NCBI GenBank assembly: GCA_015065075.1
Contig: SVRA01000003.1
Coordinates: 1-60,069 of the forward strand
Length of the DNA: 60,069 bases
Source of the DNA: Oscillospiraceae bacterium
Lineage (GTDB): Bacteria; Bacillota; Clostridia; Oscillospirales; CAG-272
Direction: 5' to 3'
Below the pieces are notes generated by a model. That model was given only the letters and a program-made list of their open reading frames with translations. It had not been told where the DNA came from and ran no database searches. This document shows positions 1 to 8,541 of this stretch, piece after piece. The translations under genes and the position numbers were made by a program. Each line of letters starts with the position of its first letter. Position 1 is the stretch's first letter.

Positions 1-19
1 ATGCCCGGAATGTTCTGAT

Positions 20-619
20 ATGGCAGAATATATCGAGTCGCTCCAGAAGCTTGCGGAGCAGTTCGGCAGACTTGACGGCGTGGGCAGAAAGAACGCTATG
101 AAAATGGCGTTTTCGGTGCTTGATATGACCGACGAGGAGGCAAGCGAATTCGCCGCGGCTATTCTTGACGCGAAAGCGAAGATACACCTTTGCCCGATCT
201 GTCAGAATATAACCGACAAGGAGGTCTGCCCGATCTGTGCCGACCTGCAAAGAGACAGAAAAACGGTCTGCGTGGTCTCCGACCCCAAGGTCGTCATATC
301 TATGGAAAAGGTAAGGGAATATAAGGGACTTTATCACGTTCTCCACGGAGTTATCTCGCCCACCAACGGCGTCACTCCCGAAAAGCTCAAGATCCGCGAG
401 CTGCTCGCGAGACTTAACGAGGGAGAGATCGAGGAGGTCATAGTTGCGACTAACCCGACGGTCGAGGGAGAGGTCACGGCAATGTACCTTGCCCGTCTAC
501 TCAAGCCGATAGGAATAAAGGTCACACGGCTCGCATACGGCGTGCCTATGGGAAGTGACCTTGAATACGCGGACGAAATAACCCTGTTCCGCGCCCTCGA
601 GGGAAGACGCGATTTTTAA
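20..619 (+). CDS. recR: Recombination mediator RecR
   Basis: HhH (GVGRKNA), C4 zinc finger CPICQN...CPIC, Toprim motifs YHVLHGVISP, ATNPTVEGE, GSDLEYAD. Confidence 0.98.
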   Translation: MAEYIESLQKLAEQFGRLDGVGRKNAMKMAFSVLDMTDEEASEFAAAILDAKAKIHLCPICQNITDKEVCPICADLQRDRKTVCVVSDPKVVISMEKVREYKGLYHVLHGVISPTNGVTPEKLKIRELLARLNEGEIEEVIVATNPTVEGEVTAMYLARLLKPIGIKVTRLAYGVPMGSDLEYADEITLFRALEGRRDF

Positions 620-628
620 AAGCTTAAA

Positions 629-653
629 CGGGCGAACCTTGTTCGCCCATAAG
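629..653 (-). repeat. Degenerate GTAG-family REP-like palindrome
   Basis: CGGGCGAAC-CTT-GTTCGCCC-ATAAG; palindrome resembles GTAG-GGGCG...CGCCC REPs in reverse orientation with a decayed GTAG foot. Confidence 0.45.
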
Positions 654-671
654 TTGTTTTTACCGAATTAT

Positions 672-814
672 CGCCGCAAGCGGCGGATGGAGATCAGCGT
701 GAAGGCGAGGTCACTTTTATAGGTAATTAAACTGCTTCACGCGCGAATTTTGCCGACGAGGCAAAATTCAACGATTACTGTTTGTGCCGCCGCAAGCGGC
801 GGATGGAGATCAGA
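672..814 (+). repeat. Dispersed structured intergenic cassette, family 1, copy 1 (bounded by 26-bp direct repeats)
   Basis: CGCCGCAAGCGGCGGATGGAGATCAG at 672-697 and 788-813; internal GCGTGAA/TTCACGC stem and GAATTTTGCC/GGCAAAATTC hairpin; homologous to 6719-6842 and 31029-31152. Confidence 0.9.
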
Positions 815-1663
815 ATGAAATACATAAACCAAAATTATGACGAAGAACGTGCCCTGTACGGCATCGAAGATGCAGAGATCATAAATTGCACCTTCGCAGG
901 CGAGGCCGACGGCGAAAGTGCGCTAAAGGAGTGCAGACGCATCAAGGTTGAGAGCTGTCTGTTTGAATTGCGTTACCCCTTTTGGCACGTAAACGGCGCA
1001 GAAATATCCAACATCACCATGACCGAGACCTGCCGAGCTGCACTTTGGTACGACGATCACGTAAATATCGAAAAAAGCACGCTCCACGGCATAAAAGCTC
1101 TCCGCGAGTGCAAAAACGTCACGCTTTCCGAGTGCGACGTCGATAGCGCGGAGTTCGGCTGGAGATGCTCGGATATTACCGTCAAAAACACCACCGTTAA
1201 CTCCCAATATCCATTTTTTGAGTGCAAGAATATGCAGCTTTCCGAGTTTACCCTCTCGGGCAAGTATTCCTTCCAATACGTCGAAAACGTCGAGATCAGA
1301 AATTCCCATCTCAAGACCAAGGACGCCTTCTGGCACGCCAAGGACGTTATTGTTTACGACAGCGTCATCGAGGGAGAATATCTCGGCTGGTATTCCGAGA
1401 ATCTGCACCTCGTCCGTTGTCATATCAAGGGCACCCAGCCCCTCTGCTATTGCAAAAATCTTATCCTTGACGACTGCTTGACCGAGGATTGCGACCTCTC
1501 GTTTGAAAACAGCGAGGTCAAAGCGACAGTAAATGGCGATATCGTCAGCGTAAAGAATCCCGTCAGCGGCTTTGTCAGAGCAGATAGCATCGGCGAGATC
1601 ATCTGGGACGAAAAGCATAAAAAAGCATCCACTTGTAAAATAGAGTGCACAGTGAAAATATAA
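815..1663 (+). CDS. DUF3737 family protein (beta-helix-like repeats)
   Basis: ERALYG, DGESALKE, RYPFWH, TKDAFWH, GEYLGW, GTQPLCY motifs; start moved to ATG 815 behind GGAG. Confidence 0.85.
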   Translation: MKYINQNYDEERALYGIEDAEIINCTFAGEADGESALKECRRIKVESCLFELRYPFWHVNGAEISNITMTETCRAALWYDDHVNIEKSTLHGIKALRECKNVTLSECDVDSAEFGWRCSDITVKNTTVNSQYPFFECKNMQLSEFTLSGKYSFQYVENVEIRNSHLKTKDAFWHAKDVIVYDSVIEGEYLGWYSENLHLVRCHIKGTQPLCYCKNLILDDCLTEDCDLSFENSEVKATVNGDIVSVKNPVSGFVRADSIGEIIWDEKHKKASTCKIECTVKI

Positions 1664-1666
1664 CGC

Positions 1667-1710
1667 AAAAAAGCATCTCCCGTCCGACATTGGACGGGAG
1701 ATGCTTTTTT
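1667..1710. terminator. Bidirectional intrinsic terminator
   Basis: AAAAAAGCATCTCCCGTCC-loop-GGACGGGAGATGCTTTTTT between convergent genes. Confidence 0.9.
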
Positions 1711-1717
1711 ATGATCG

Positions 1718-3259
1718 TTATTTATTTTTCTTTACGACCCTTTTTACGAAGTTTTCAAGAGACTTGTTCGCGCTCTGGGCATTGCTATCGTAATAAGATG
1801 TAAGCTCGTAGCCGCTTGTCGCTGAGGTGACGTACGGCAGCATATAAAGCATATCGTTGGAAGCGTTTTCAAAGGTCTGACCGAAGTCTGTGCAAACGCT
1901 GTCCCAAACTATCTCAAGCATGTGTCTGTCATCGGGATTGTCGGCAACCTGCTTGCCGAGCAGCTTCTGGTAGAATGCGACCTTTACGCCGTCGCTGTAA
2001 TACGCGAGCATTTCAATGGTCTCTCCGACCATTTCTTCATCCTCAAAGTAAGCGGGAATAGCGAGATAACCACCCCACTGCAGCGAATGGTATTCTGTCT
2101 GATTGCTATCGAACAAAGGATAGGGAACTATACCGAAATCAATATCGTAATGAAGATATTCGGTAAGCTGATTGGTAGAGGATAGAGTCATGAGTGCTCG
2201 ATTAGTTGTGAAGGGAACAGTTATCTCAAAGGACCAATAATCCACGCAAGCGTAATCAGATGCAGCAAGATCCTTGAGCTTACCGACAAGCGCGATGGTC
2301 TTATCCTTGGTTTGTGCGTTGTAGAATGAAACCTCGTAGTTTCCTTGATCGTTCATCTCGACGAGATTGATGCCGCATCCCTCAAGGAAGCCGCACCACG
2401 GAACCCACTGAAGCCCCGTAAAGCCGTACTGATTTTTCTCAACGCTACCGTTGTCTATGTATGCAACCTTGGCGAGATCGATCATCTTATCGATCGTCCA
2501 CTCGTGGTCGTCGACCATCTGATAAATGCTCTTGTCAAGTACGTCGTCGTACTTTTCGAGCAGAGTTTTGTTAAAAGCGATAACGTATGTATAGAGAATA
2601 TTGAAGTCGTTAAAGCCTAGGAAATACATGTCGTCGATTGCAAGCGACTCCATAAAATCCTGATTCCAGTAATCAGCGTCAAGATCTATCTCGGGGATAT
2701 CGTTAAATTTGGTCAGATAACCGTCGGAGACAAGTCCTGCGACGTTAATGCTGACGTGAGTCATCATAAGATCTATTGCGCCTGATTTGGTCTTAACCGC
2801 TGTCTTGAAGGCGCTGGAGTAATCCTCCTCGGTGTTGTGCCAAGCGTACAGCTCGACTCCAAGATGATTTAGGATATCTTCCTGGCGGGCAAATAAAGCT
2901 GCGGATAATACGTCGTTGCCACTTTCTTCTACCCAATAATTATCGATAGGGTTGCAAGAGCCCTCAAGATACAAATAAAATATATCGTCGTAATTTTTCT
3001 TCTCAATATCGGGGACGTCAGGAGTTACCTCCGTGGTCTGCTCCGAAGTCTGTCCCGTGGTCTGCTCCGAAGCCTGTCCCGTGGTCTGCTCAGCGGTCTG
3101 TTCAGCGGTCTGACCCTCAGTCGGTTCAGTGGTTTCGTAGCCGTTGCCAGCAGAAGTCGTAGTATTTTCAGACGTGCCTGAAGCATCACACGCGGCAAAT
3201 ACAGAAAAAACAGAAAGAGCAGCCAATATAAGTGCCAACACTTTAAGCTTAAGTTTCAT
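1718..3259 (-). CDS. Extracellular solute-binding lipoprotein (carbohydrate ABC SBP-like)
   Basis: Lipobox VFAAC, T/E/Q-rich linker, SBP motifs IDLDADYWNQ, FNKTL, WTIDKM, DFGIVPYP. Confidence 0.8.
   Translation of the reverse strand: MKLKLKVLALILAALSVFSVFAACDASGTSENTTTSAGNGYETTEPTEGQTAEQTAEQTTGQASEQTTGQTSEQTTEVTPDVPDIEKKNYDDIFYLYLEGSCNPIDNYWVEESGNDVLSAALFARQEDILNHLGVELYAWHNTEEDYSSAFKTAVKTKSGAIDLMMTHVSINVAGLVSDGYLTKFNDIPEIDLDADYWNQDFMESLAIDDMYFLGFNDFNILYTYVIAFNKTLLEKYDDVLDKSIYQMVDDHEWTIDKMIDLAKVAYIDNGSVEKNQYGFTGLQWVPWCGFLEGCGINLVEMNDQGNYEVSFYNAQTKDKTIALVGKLKDLAASDYACVDYWSFEITVPFTTNRALMTLSSTNQLTEYLHYDIDFGIVPYPLFDSNQTEYHSLQWGGYLAIPAYFEDEEMVGETIEMLAYYSDGVKVAFYQKLLGKQVADNPDDRHMLEIVWDSVCTDFGQTFENASNDMLYMLPYVTSATSGYELTSYYDSNAQSANKSLENFVKRVVKKNK
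3031..3112. repeat. Coding tandem repeat (24-bp and 12-bp units) encoding EQTT/GQTS linker
   Basis: CCGTGGTCTGCTCCGAAG(T/C)CTGTC x2.5 then TCAGCGGTCTG x2. Confidence 0.85.
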
Positions 3260-3352
3260 AAATATATCCCTCCGCTTACATTTTTGCTTTTAAATATCTA
3301 CAAAAACATTATAATCCTAAAATAACAAGATGTCAAGAGCAAATCTATATGA

Positions 3353-5515
3353 TTATTTAAAATCAAACACGACCTTGTCCCCGTCAAGCTTGAGCCTTGC
3401 ATTGAATAGCTTACCGTTTTTGGAGGTAAAACCTTGTATTTCCGAGGTTTTTCCCTCGGCAAGCAGCTTGCGCGCGTTGCTGATCGAGATCGGGCGCTTG
3501 CAAATAAAGCTGCCAAATCGGAATTTGCATCCTTCCTTGTATCCCATACAGCCGTAACCGTATCTTCCGCGGACAACGTCCCTTTGACACACGGGGCATC
3601 TACCTACGAGATCTCCGTAGAATCCCGTGTCGGTGTCAAGCTCGATCGGGGCTTCGCGGCGGTCAAAGACCGCGGAGATCTCGTCGCACGCCTGCTTGAC
3701 GCTCTCGTCGACGGTCATCGTACCGCGATAGACCTTTTTGAGTGCCTGACCAAGCACGCTGGTCTTGTATTTGTCCATCGAAATGTTCATCTGCGAGAGC
3801 TGCTCGATGAGATATTCGCCGCCGGGCAGGATCGTGTAAACGTCCTTTTTGAGCTCAATGTATCCCGACTTGCGCGCGTTGTCGATAATACCCGTGCGCG
3901 TCGCCTCGGTGCCAAGCTCAAGACCCTCGAATATCGCTCTGTAATCCTCCTCGTCGTTTTCGACCTCGGAGGAAAGCTCCTCGCCCGATTCCGCGGCGGC
4001 TTTTTCCTTTTCGGCAAGCGCCGCCTTGTCTTCACGGAAGGGATTTTTCAGATAGTTGTTGAGCGTTTCTATGGTGTAGTGACGGGGAGGGGAGGTCTGC
4101 TTTTCGACGGGATGGAAGTTGATATTCACCTCGTCACCCTTTTCAAGCGGCGGCAGGATCTTATCCTTTCTCTCGCTGTCGTCGAATCGCAAAAATCCGC
4201 GTTGGATTATCATCATTCCCTTGAGAGTAAATTGCTCGTATCCGCCAACGTCAATGACGATCTCGGTCTTTTGAGCAAGACATTCTTCTTCGCAGAATAC
4301 CGAAACGAATCGGCGGAAAACCGTCTGATATACCTGCATCTCCTTTTCGGAAAGATGCTCTTTTTTGGGTATCTTGTAGGTCGGAGTCAGCGCCGAGTGG
4401 CTTTCGATCTTCGAGTCGTCGAAGATCGTCTTTTTGTCCTTGAAAACGACGGGATAGCCCAAGTGCTTGATGTTTGAAATGATCTTTTTGATCTTGTCCT
4501 TTTCATTTGTAGCAAGATATTCCGAGTTTGTGCGGGGATAGGTGAGATATCCCTCCTCGTAAAGCTTCTGAACTATCGCAAGGCTCTCCGCCATCGACAT
4601 TTTGTACTTTTTGCCAAGAAGATTTTGAAGCTTTGATAGTGAAAAGAGCTTTCCTGGGTTGACTGTCTCCTTTTTCGTCTTTTTGGATATTACGATAGCC
4701 TTGCTCGCGTTGTATTTGGCACAGAGCGCTTCAGCCTGGGCACGCTTGTCCTTGTCGAATTTCTCTTTGCTGACGAGCTCGATCTCCTCGCCCTTCGTAA
4801 TCTCCTTGGAAACTGCGGCGAGATAGATATCGGGAACGAAGTTGCGTATCGCCATATCTCTGTCGTATATCGCGCGAACTATCGGCACGATAACTCTGCC
4901 AACGCGCAAAAGCGTGCCGCATTTAAGCGTTGCAAATCGGGTAAGATTAACACCGTAAAGCCAATCTATATACGTCCTCGCAAAGCCCTCGTCGGCGAGA
5001 TTCTGATACTCATCCTCGCCCTTCATCTCGATAAGCGCTTTTCCGACCGTCTCGGGAGTCTGATCGGGCAGCCAGAGCCGCATAAATTTCTTGCTCGGAT
5101 CGGCAAGAGCGCCGGTATTCATCACACAAAGACGAATGATTATCTCACCCTCGCGGTCCGAGTCTCCCGCGTTTACTATACAGGTAACGTCGGGTCTCAG
5201 ACAAAGATATTTTATCGTTTCAAACTGTCGCTCAACCCCGGCATCGACCTTTTTGTCTGCCCCTGCGCGAAGCTTGTATTTGAATTCCGAGGGGAAGCAG
5301 GGAAGATTGTCAAGCGTCCATCTCGCGCTTGCATCTCCGCCCGTGTAATCCTCAATATCGCACAAAGAAAAAAGGTGACCGAACGCCCACGTAACTACGT
5401 AGTCGCCACCCTCAAAATATCCGTTTTTCTTTGATAAAGCCGCGCCGCCGTTTTCGACGATACCCGCAACGATATTTCGCGCAAGGCTCGGCTTTTCAGC
5501 AATTATTAACGTCAT
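3353..5515 (-). CDS. topB: Type IA DNA topoisomerase III
   Basis: IIAEKPS, TWAFGHL, NAGDSDREGE, GRVIVP, catalytic TYPRT, GTEATR, C-terminal topoisomerase repeat (GFTSKNGKLFNARL). Confidence 0.9.
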   Translation of the reverse strand: MTLIIAEKPSLARNIVAGIVENGGAALSKKNGYFEGGDYVVTWAFGHLFSLCDIEDYTGGDASARWTLDNLPCFPSEFKYKLRAGADKKVDAGVERQFETIKYLCLRPDVTCIVNAGDSDREGEIIIRLCVMNTGALADPSKKFMRLWLPDQTPETVGKALIEMKGEDEYQNLADEGFARTYIDWLYGVNLTRFATLKCGTLLRVGRVIVPIVRAIYDRDMAIRNFVPDIYLAAVSKEITKGEEIELVSKEKFDKDKRAQAEALCAKYNASKAIVISKKTKKETVNPGKLFSLSKLQNLLGKKYKMSMAESLAIVQKLYEEGYLTYPRTNSEYLATNEKDKIKKIISNIKHLGYPVVFKDKKTIFDDSKIESHSALTPTYKIPKKEHLSEKEMQVYQTVFRRFVSVFCEEECLAQKTEIVIDVGGYEQFTLKGMMIIQRGFLRFDDSERKDKILPPLEKGDEVNINFHPVEKQTSPPRHYTIETLNNYLKNPFREDKAALAEKEKAAAESGEELSSEVENDEEDYRAIFEGLELGTEATRTGIIDNARKSGYIELKKDVYTILPGGEYLIEQLSQMNISMDKYKTSVLGQALKKVYRGTMTVDESVKQACDEISAVFDRREAPIELDTDTGFYGDLVGRCPVCQRDVVRGRYGYGCMGYKEGCKFRFGSFICKRPISISNARKLLAEGKTSEIQGFTSKNGKLFNARLKLDGDKVVFDFK

Positions 5516-5551
5516 GATCTATCCGTCCGAAGATATTTTTCTGATACTATC

Positions 5552-5580
5552 ATTTTATCATAATGCCGAGTATTTGTCAA
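5552..5580 (-). promoter_or_regulatory. Sigma-A promoter of topB
   Basis: TTGACA-17-TAAAAT with extended TG on minus strand. Confidence 0.7.
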
Positions 5581-5697
5581 CAAAAAAAGCCCCTTGTTTG
5601 TTCATTGTCAATAAAATATGTGTAAATTAACTGATTGTCGGAAATAATCTTTGTTGAATTTGTCCTGTCGGGAGATGGAAATTTTGGCAGGAAAGCA

Positions 5698-5726
5698 TTG
5701 ACAAGTTAAACAAATTATAGTATAAT
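5698..5726 (+). promoter_or_regulatory. Sigma-A promoter of degV-DAK2 operon
   Basis: Perfect TTGACA-17-TATAAT. Confidence 0.85.
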
Positions 5727-5817
5727 TAATTTGTATGTGCTGACATTATAGTATAAATAATGTATGAGATATGCGAGGCAAACGACGTAATGCGTCGCAA
5801 AAAGAAATGGAGATTTT

Positions 5818-6681
5818 ATGAGAGATTACGTAATTTTTACAGACTCGTCCTGCGATCTTCCCACTTCCTTGGTAAAGGAATGGGGAATAGAAATACTCTC
5901 GCTTGAGGTAAACATCGAGGGTATTGGAACCTTCCTTAACCACGAGATCGAGCCCGCAAAATTTTACGGATACCTTCGAGACAAGCGCCCCGTAAAGACT
6001 GCTGCGGCAAATATGGAGGGCTTCGTAAATGCATTTGAGAAAATAGTATCCGAGGGCAAGGATATCCTTTATATAGGATTTTCCACGGGACTTTCCGCGA
6101 CCTACGTTGCAGGAAAGAACGCAGCCGAGGAGGTAATGGAAAAGCACCCCGAATGTAAGATCCTCACGGTCGACTCGCTCTGCGCGGCACTCGGTCAGGG
6201 TCTGCTTGTAAAATATGCGGTAGATAAGAAAAACACGGGAGCAACTCTCGAGGAGCTTGCGGCGTACGTCGAGGGACTTAAGCTCAACCTTGCACATTGG
6301 TTCACGGTCGAGGATCTTTTCTTCCTCAAGCGCGGCGGACGCGTATCCGCTGCGACCGCAGTTATGGGAACTGTCCTTCAGATCAAGCCCGTAATGCACG
6401 TTGATAACGACGGAAAGCTTATCAATATGGCAAAGGCGAGGGGCAGAGACGCATCTATCAAGGCTCTCGTTGAAAGAATGAAGCAGACCGTGATTGATCC
6501 CGAAAGGCAGACCGTATATATCTGCCACGGCGACTGCTATGACGATGCAAAGAAGCTTGCCGATATGGTCACCGCTGAATTCGGCATCACCGATATACTT
6601 ATCGACTACGTAGGTCCCGTTATCGGAGCTCATTCGGGTCCCGGCACTCTTGCGCTGTTCTTCATCGGAAGAGAAAGATAA
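5818..6681 (+). CDS. DegV family fatty acid-binding protein (FakB-like)
   Basis: TDSSCDLP, FSTGLSATY, LKRGGRVS, IKPVM, GPVIGAHSGPG. Confidence 0.95.
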   Translation: MRDYVIFTDSSCDLPTSLVKEWGIEILSLEVNIEGIGTFLNHEIEPAKFYGYLRDKRPVKTAAANMEGFVNAFEKIVSEGKDILYIGFSTGLSATYVAGKNAAEEVMEKHPECKILTVDSLCAALGQGLLVKYAVDKKNTGATLEELAAYVEGLKLNLAHWFTVEDLFFLKRGGRVSAATAVMGTVLQIKPVMHVDNDGKLINMAKARGRDASIKALVERMKQTVIDPERQTVYICHGDCYDDAKKLADMVTAEFGITDILIDYVGPVIGAHSGPGTLALFFIGRER

Positions 6682-6718
6682 TACGGTATACTACCGAAGT
6701 CAAAAAATATTTGAGATA

Positions 6719-6842
6719 CCGCACAAGCGGCGTAGTGGAGTTCAGCGTGAAAGGCACTTTGCACTTATAGGCAATTCAACTGCTTCACACACGAATTTTG
6801 CCGATGGCAAAATTCACCGATTATTATTTGTGGAGATATAAA
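6719..6842 (+). repeat. Family 1 cassette, copy 2
   Basis: CCGCACAAGCGG..TGGAG..GCGTGAA..TAGGCAATT..TTCACAC..GAATTTTGCC-GAT-GGCAAAATTC..TTTGTGGAGAT-ATG. Confidence 0.9.
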
Positions 6843-8504
6843 ATGGGTATAACAGGACAATTATATCGCAGTATGGTGCTTTCGGGCGCGGCAATGCTGA
6901 GCGATAGAAAAGAAGAGATAAACAATCTGAACGTGTTTCCAGTTCCCGACGGAGATACGGGTATAAATATGAGCCTTACGATGAGCACGGTAGGACAGGC
7001 GTCCGCAGAGCTCCCCGTAGGCGAGTGTGCCGATAAGGTTGCAGGACTTATGCTTCGTTCGGCAAGAGGAAACAGCGGCGCGATCCTCTCTCTGTTCTTC
7101 AGAGGAATAGGAAAAGCACTCAAGGGCGTATCCGAAGCAGAGCCCAAGGAGCTCGTTGAGGCGTTCAAGAGAGGTACTACCGAAGCATACCGCGCAGTAA
7201 TGAAGCCCACCGAGGGCACGATCCTCACGGTTATGAGAGTAGCGGGCGAGGGAGCTGAAAAGGCATACACTGCGAATAAGAGCATCAGTGTAAACGAGCT
7301 TTTCAAGGTTCTCATCGACAGCGCCGAGGTCGCTCTGGCGCAGACCCCCGATATGCTTCCCGTGCTTAAGCAGACGGGAGTCGTCGACGCAGGCGGTGCA
7401 GGCTTTGTCTGCGTGCTTAAGGGAATGAGAATGGCACTTGAGGGAGATCCTTACGTAGCCAAGAATGCTCCCGTGGACGAGAGCAGCGCACCCGCAGAGG
7501 TCGCAGGCGCGGATTTTGCGGACTTCAATACCGAGGACATCACCTTCGGCTATTGTACCGAATGTATAGTTGACAAAAACGAAAAGTATCTCGGCGAGGA
7601 CACCTCGGGCGAGCTTTACGAGTTTATAAAGAGCATCGGAGACAGCGCCGTGTTCGTAGATGACGAGAGCATCATCAAGCTCCACATACATACGAACGAT
7701 CCGGGCGCAGTTCTCACAAAGGCTATCGAATTTGGAAGTCTTGCAACGGTAAAGATCGAGAATATGAGAAATCAGCATACCGCGCTTACGAGCGAGGCGG
7801 CTGCATCCGAGAGCAACAAGACCGACAAGAAAAAGGTAGCTATTGAGAAGAAGTACGGATTTGTCAGCGTATGTATGGGCGAAGGCGTAAGCGAGATGTT
7901 CCGCGACGTCGGAGTTGATAATATCATCACGGGCGGACAGACTATGAACCCCAGCACGCAGGATATTATCGACGCAGTAATGAAGACCCCCTCCGAGTAC
8001 GTCTTCGTTATGCCTAACAATAAGAATATCTGTATGGTAGCGAGACAGGCATCGGAGATCATCACCGAGCGCAAGGTCGTTGTAATTCCCACGGAGACCG
8101 TGCCTCAGGGTATGGCGGCTATGATCGCGTACAACCCCGATGCAGAGGCAGAGGTCGTCGAAAGGGAAATGAACGACGCGGCAAAGATGGTAACGTCAAT
8201 GTCGGTAACCTTTGCCGTCAGAGATACCGAGATCGACCGCTTCAAGATCAAAAAAGGACAGTTCCTCGGTCTTGTTGAAAACAAGATTGCCTGCGTGAGC
8301 AACGAGAGCTTCGATTGCGTAAAGCAGCTCACCAGAGGAATGACGGGCGCCGTGTACGTCACCGTATTTTACGGCGAGGACGTAAGCGAGGAGACCGCAA
8401 ACAAGGTCGCTGAAATGATCTCGAATAAGGTCGGAGAGAACTGCGAGGTCGCAGTTCTTTACGGCGGCCAGCCCCTCTACGATTATATAATTTCCGTTGA
8501 ATAA
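6843..8504 (+). CDS. fakA: DAK2 domain protein / fatty acid kinase subunit FakA (YloV-like)
   Basis: INNLNVFPVPDGDTGINM, ARGNSG, PTEGTILTV, VDAGG, YCTE, HIHTNDPG, GGQTMNPS, GGQPLY; start moved to 6843. Confidence 0.92.
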   Translation: MGITGQLYRSMVLSGAAMLSDRKEEINNLNVFPVPDGDTGINMSLTMSTVGQASAELPVGECADKVAGLMLRSARGNSGAILSLFFRGIGKALKGVSEAEPKELVEAFKRGTTEAYRAVMKPTEGTILTVMRVAGEGAEKAYTANKSISVNELFKVLIDSAEVALAQTPDMLPVLKQTGVVDAGGAGFVCVLKGMRMALEGDPYVAKNAPVDESSAPAEVAGADFADFNTEDITFGYCTECIVDKNEKYLGEDTSGELYEFIKSIGDSAVFVDDESIIKLHIHTNDPGAVLTKAIEFGSLATVKIENMRNQHTALTSEAAASESNKTDKKKVAIEKKYGFVSVCMGEGVSEMFRDVGVDNIITGGQTMNPSTQDIIDAVMKTPSEYVFVMPNNKNICMVARQASEIITERKVVVIPTETVPQGMAAMIAYNPDAEAEVVEREMNDAAKMVTSMSVTFAVRDTEIDRFKIKKGQFLGLVENKIACVSNESFDCVKQLTRGMTGAVYVTVFYGEDVSEETANKVAEMISNKVGENCEVAVLYGGQPLYDYIISVE

Positions 8505-8506
8505 AC

Positions 8507-8537
8507 AAAAAACCGAGTGCATCGCACTCGGTTTTTT
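8507..8537. terminator. Bidirectional intrinsic terminator
   Basis: AAAAAACCGAGTGC-ATC-GCACTCGGTTTTTT. Confidence 0.9.
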
Positions 8538-8541
8538 ATTA

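Noticed and set aside
632-646. GAAC-CTT-GTTC as a LexA box
   Set aside because: Spacer is 3 nt rather than 4 and it lies downstream of recR within a longer palindrome
3434-4477. Long antisense ORFs opposite topB, valS, uvrB, uvrA, pncB, recJ and rel
   Set aside because: Shadow frames caused by codon bias of the real genes; no recognisable motifs
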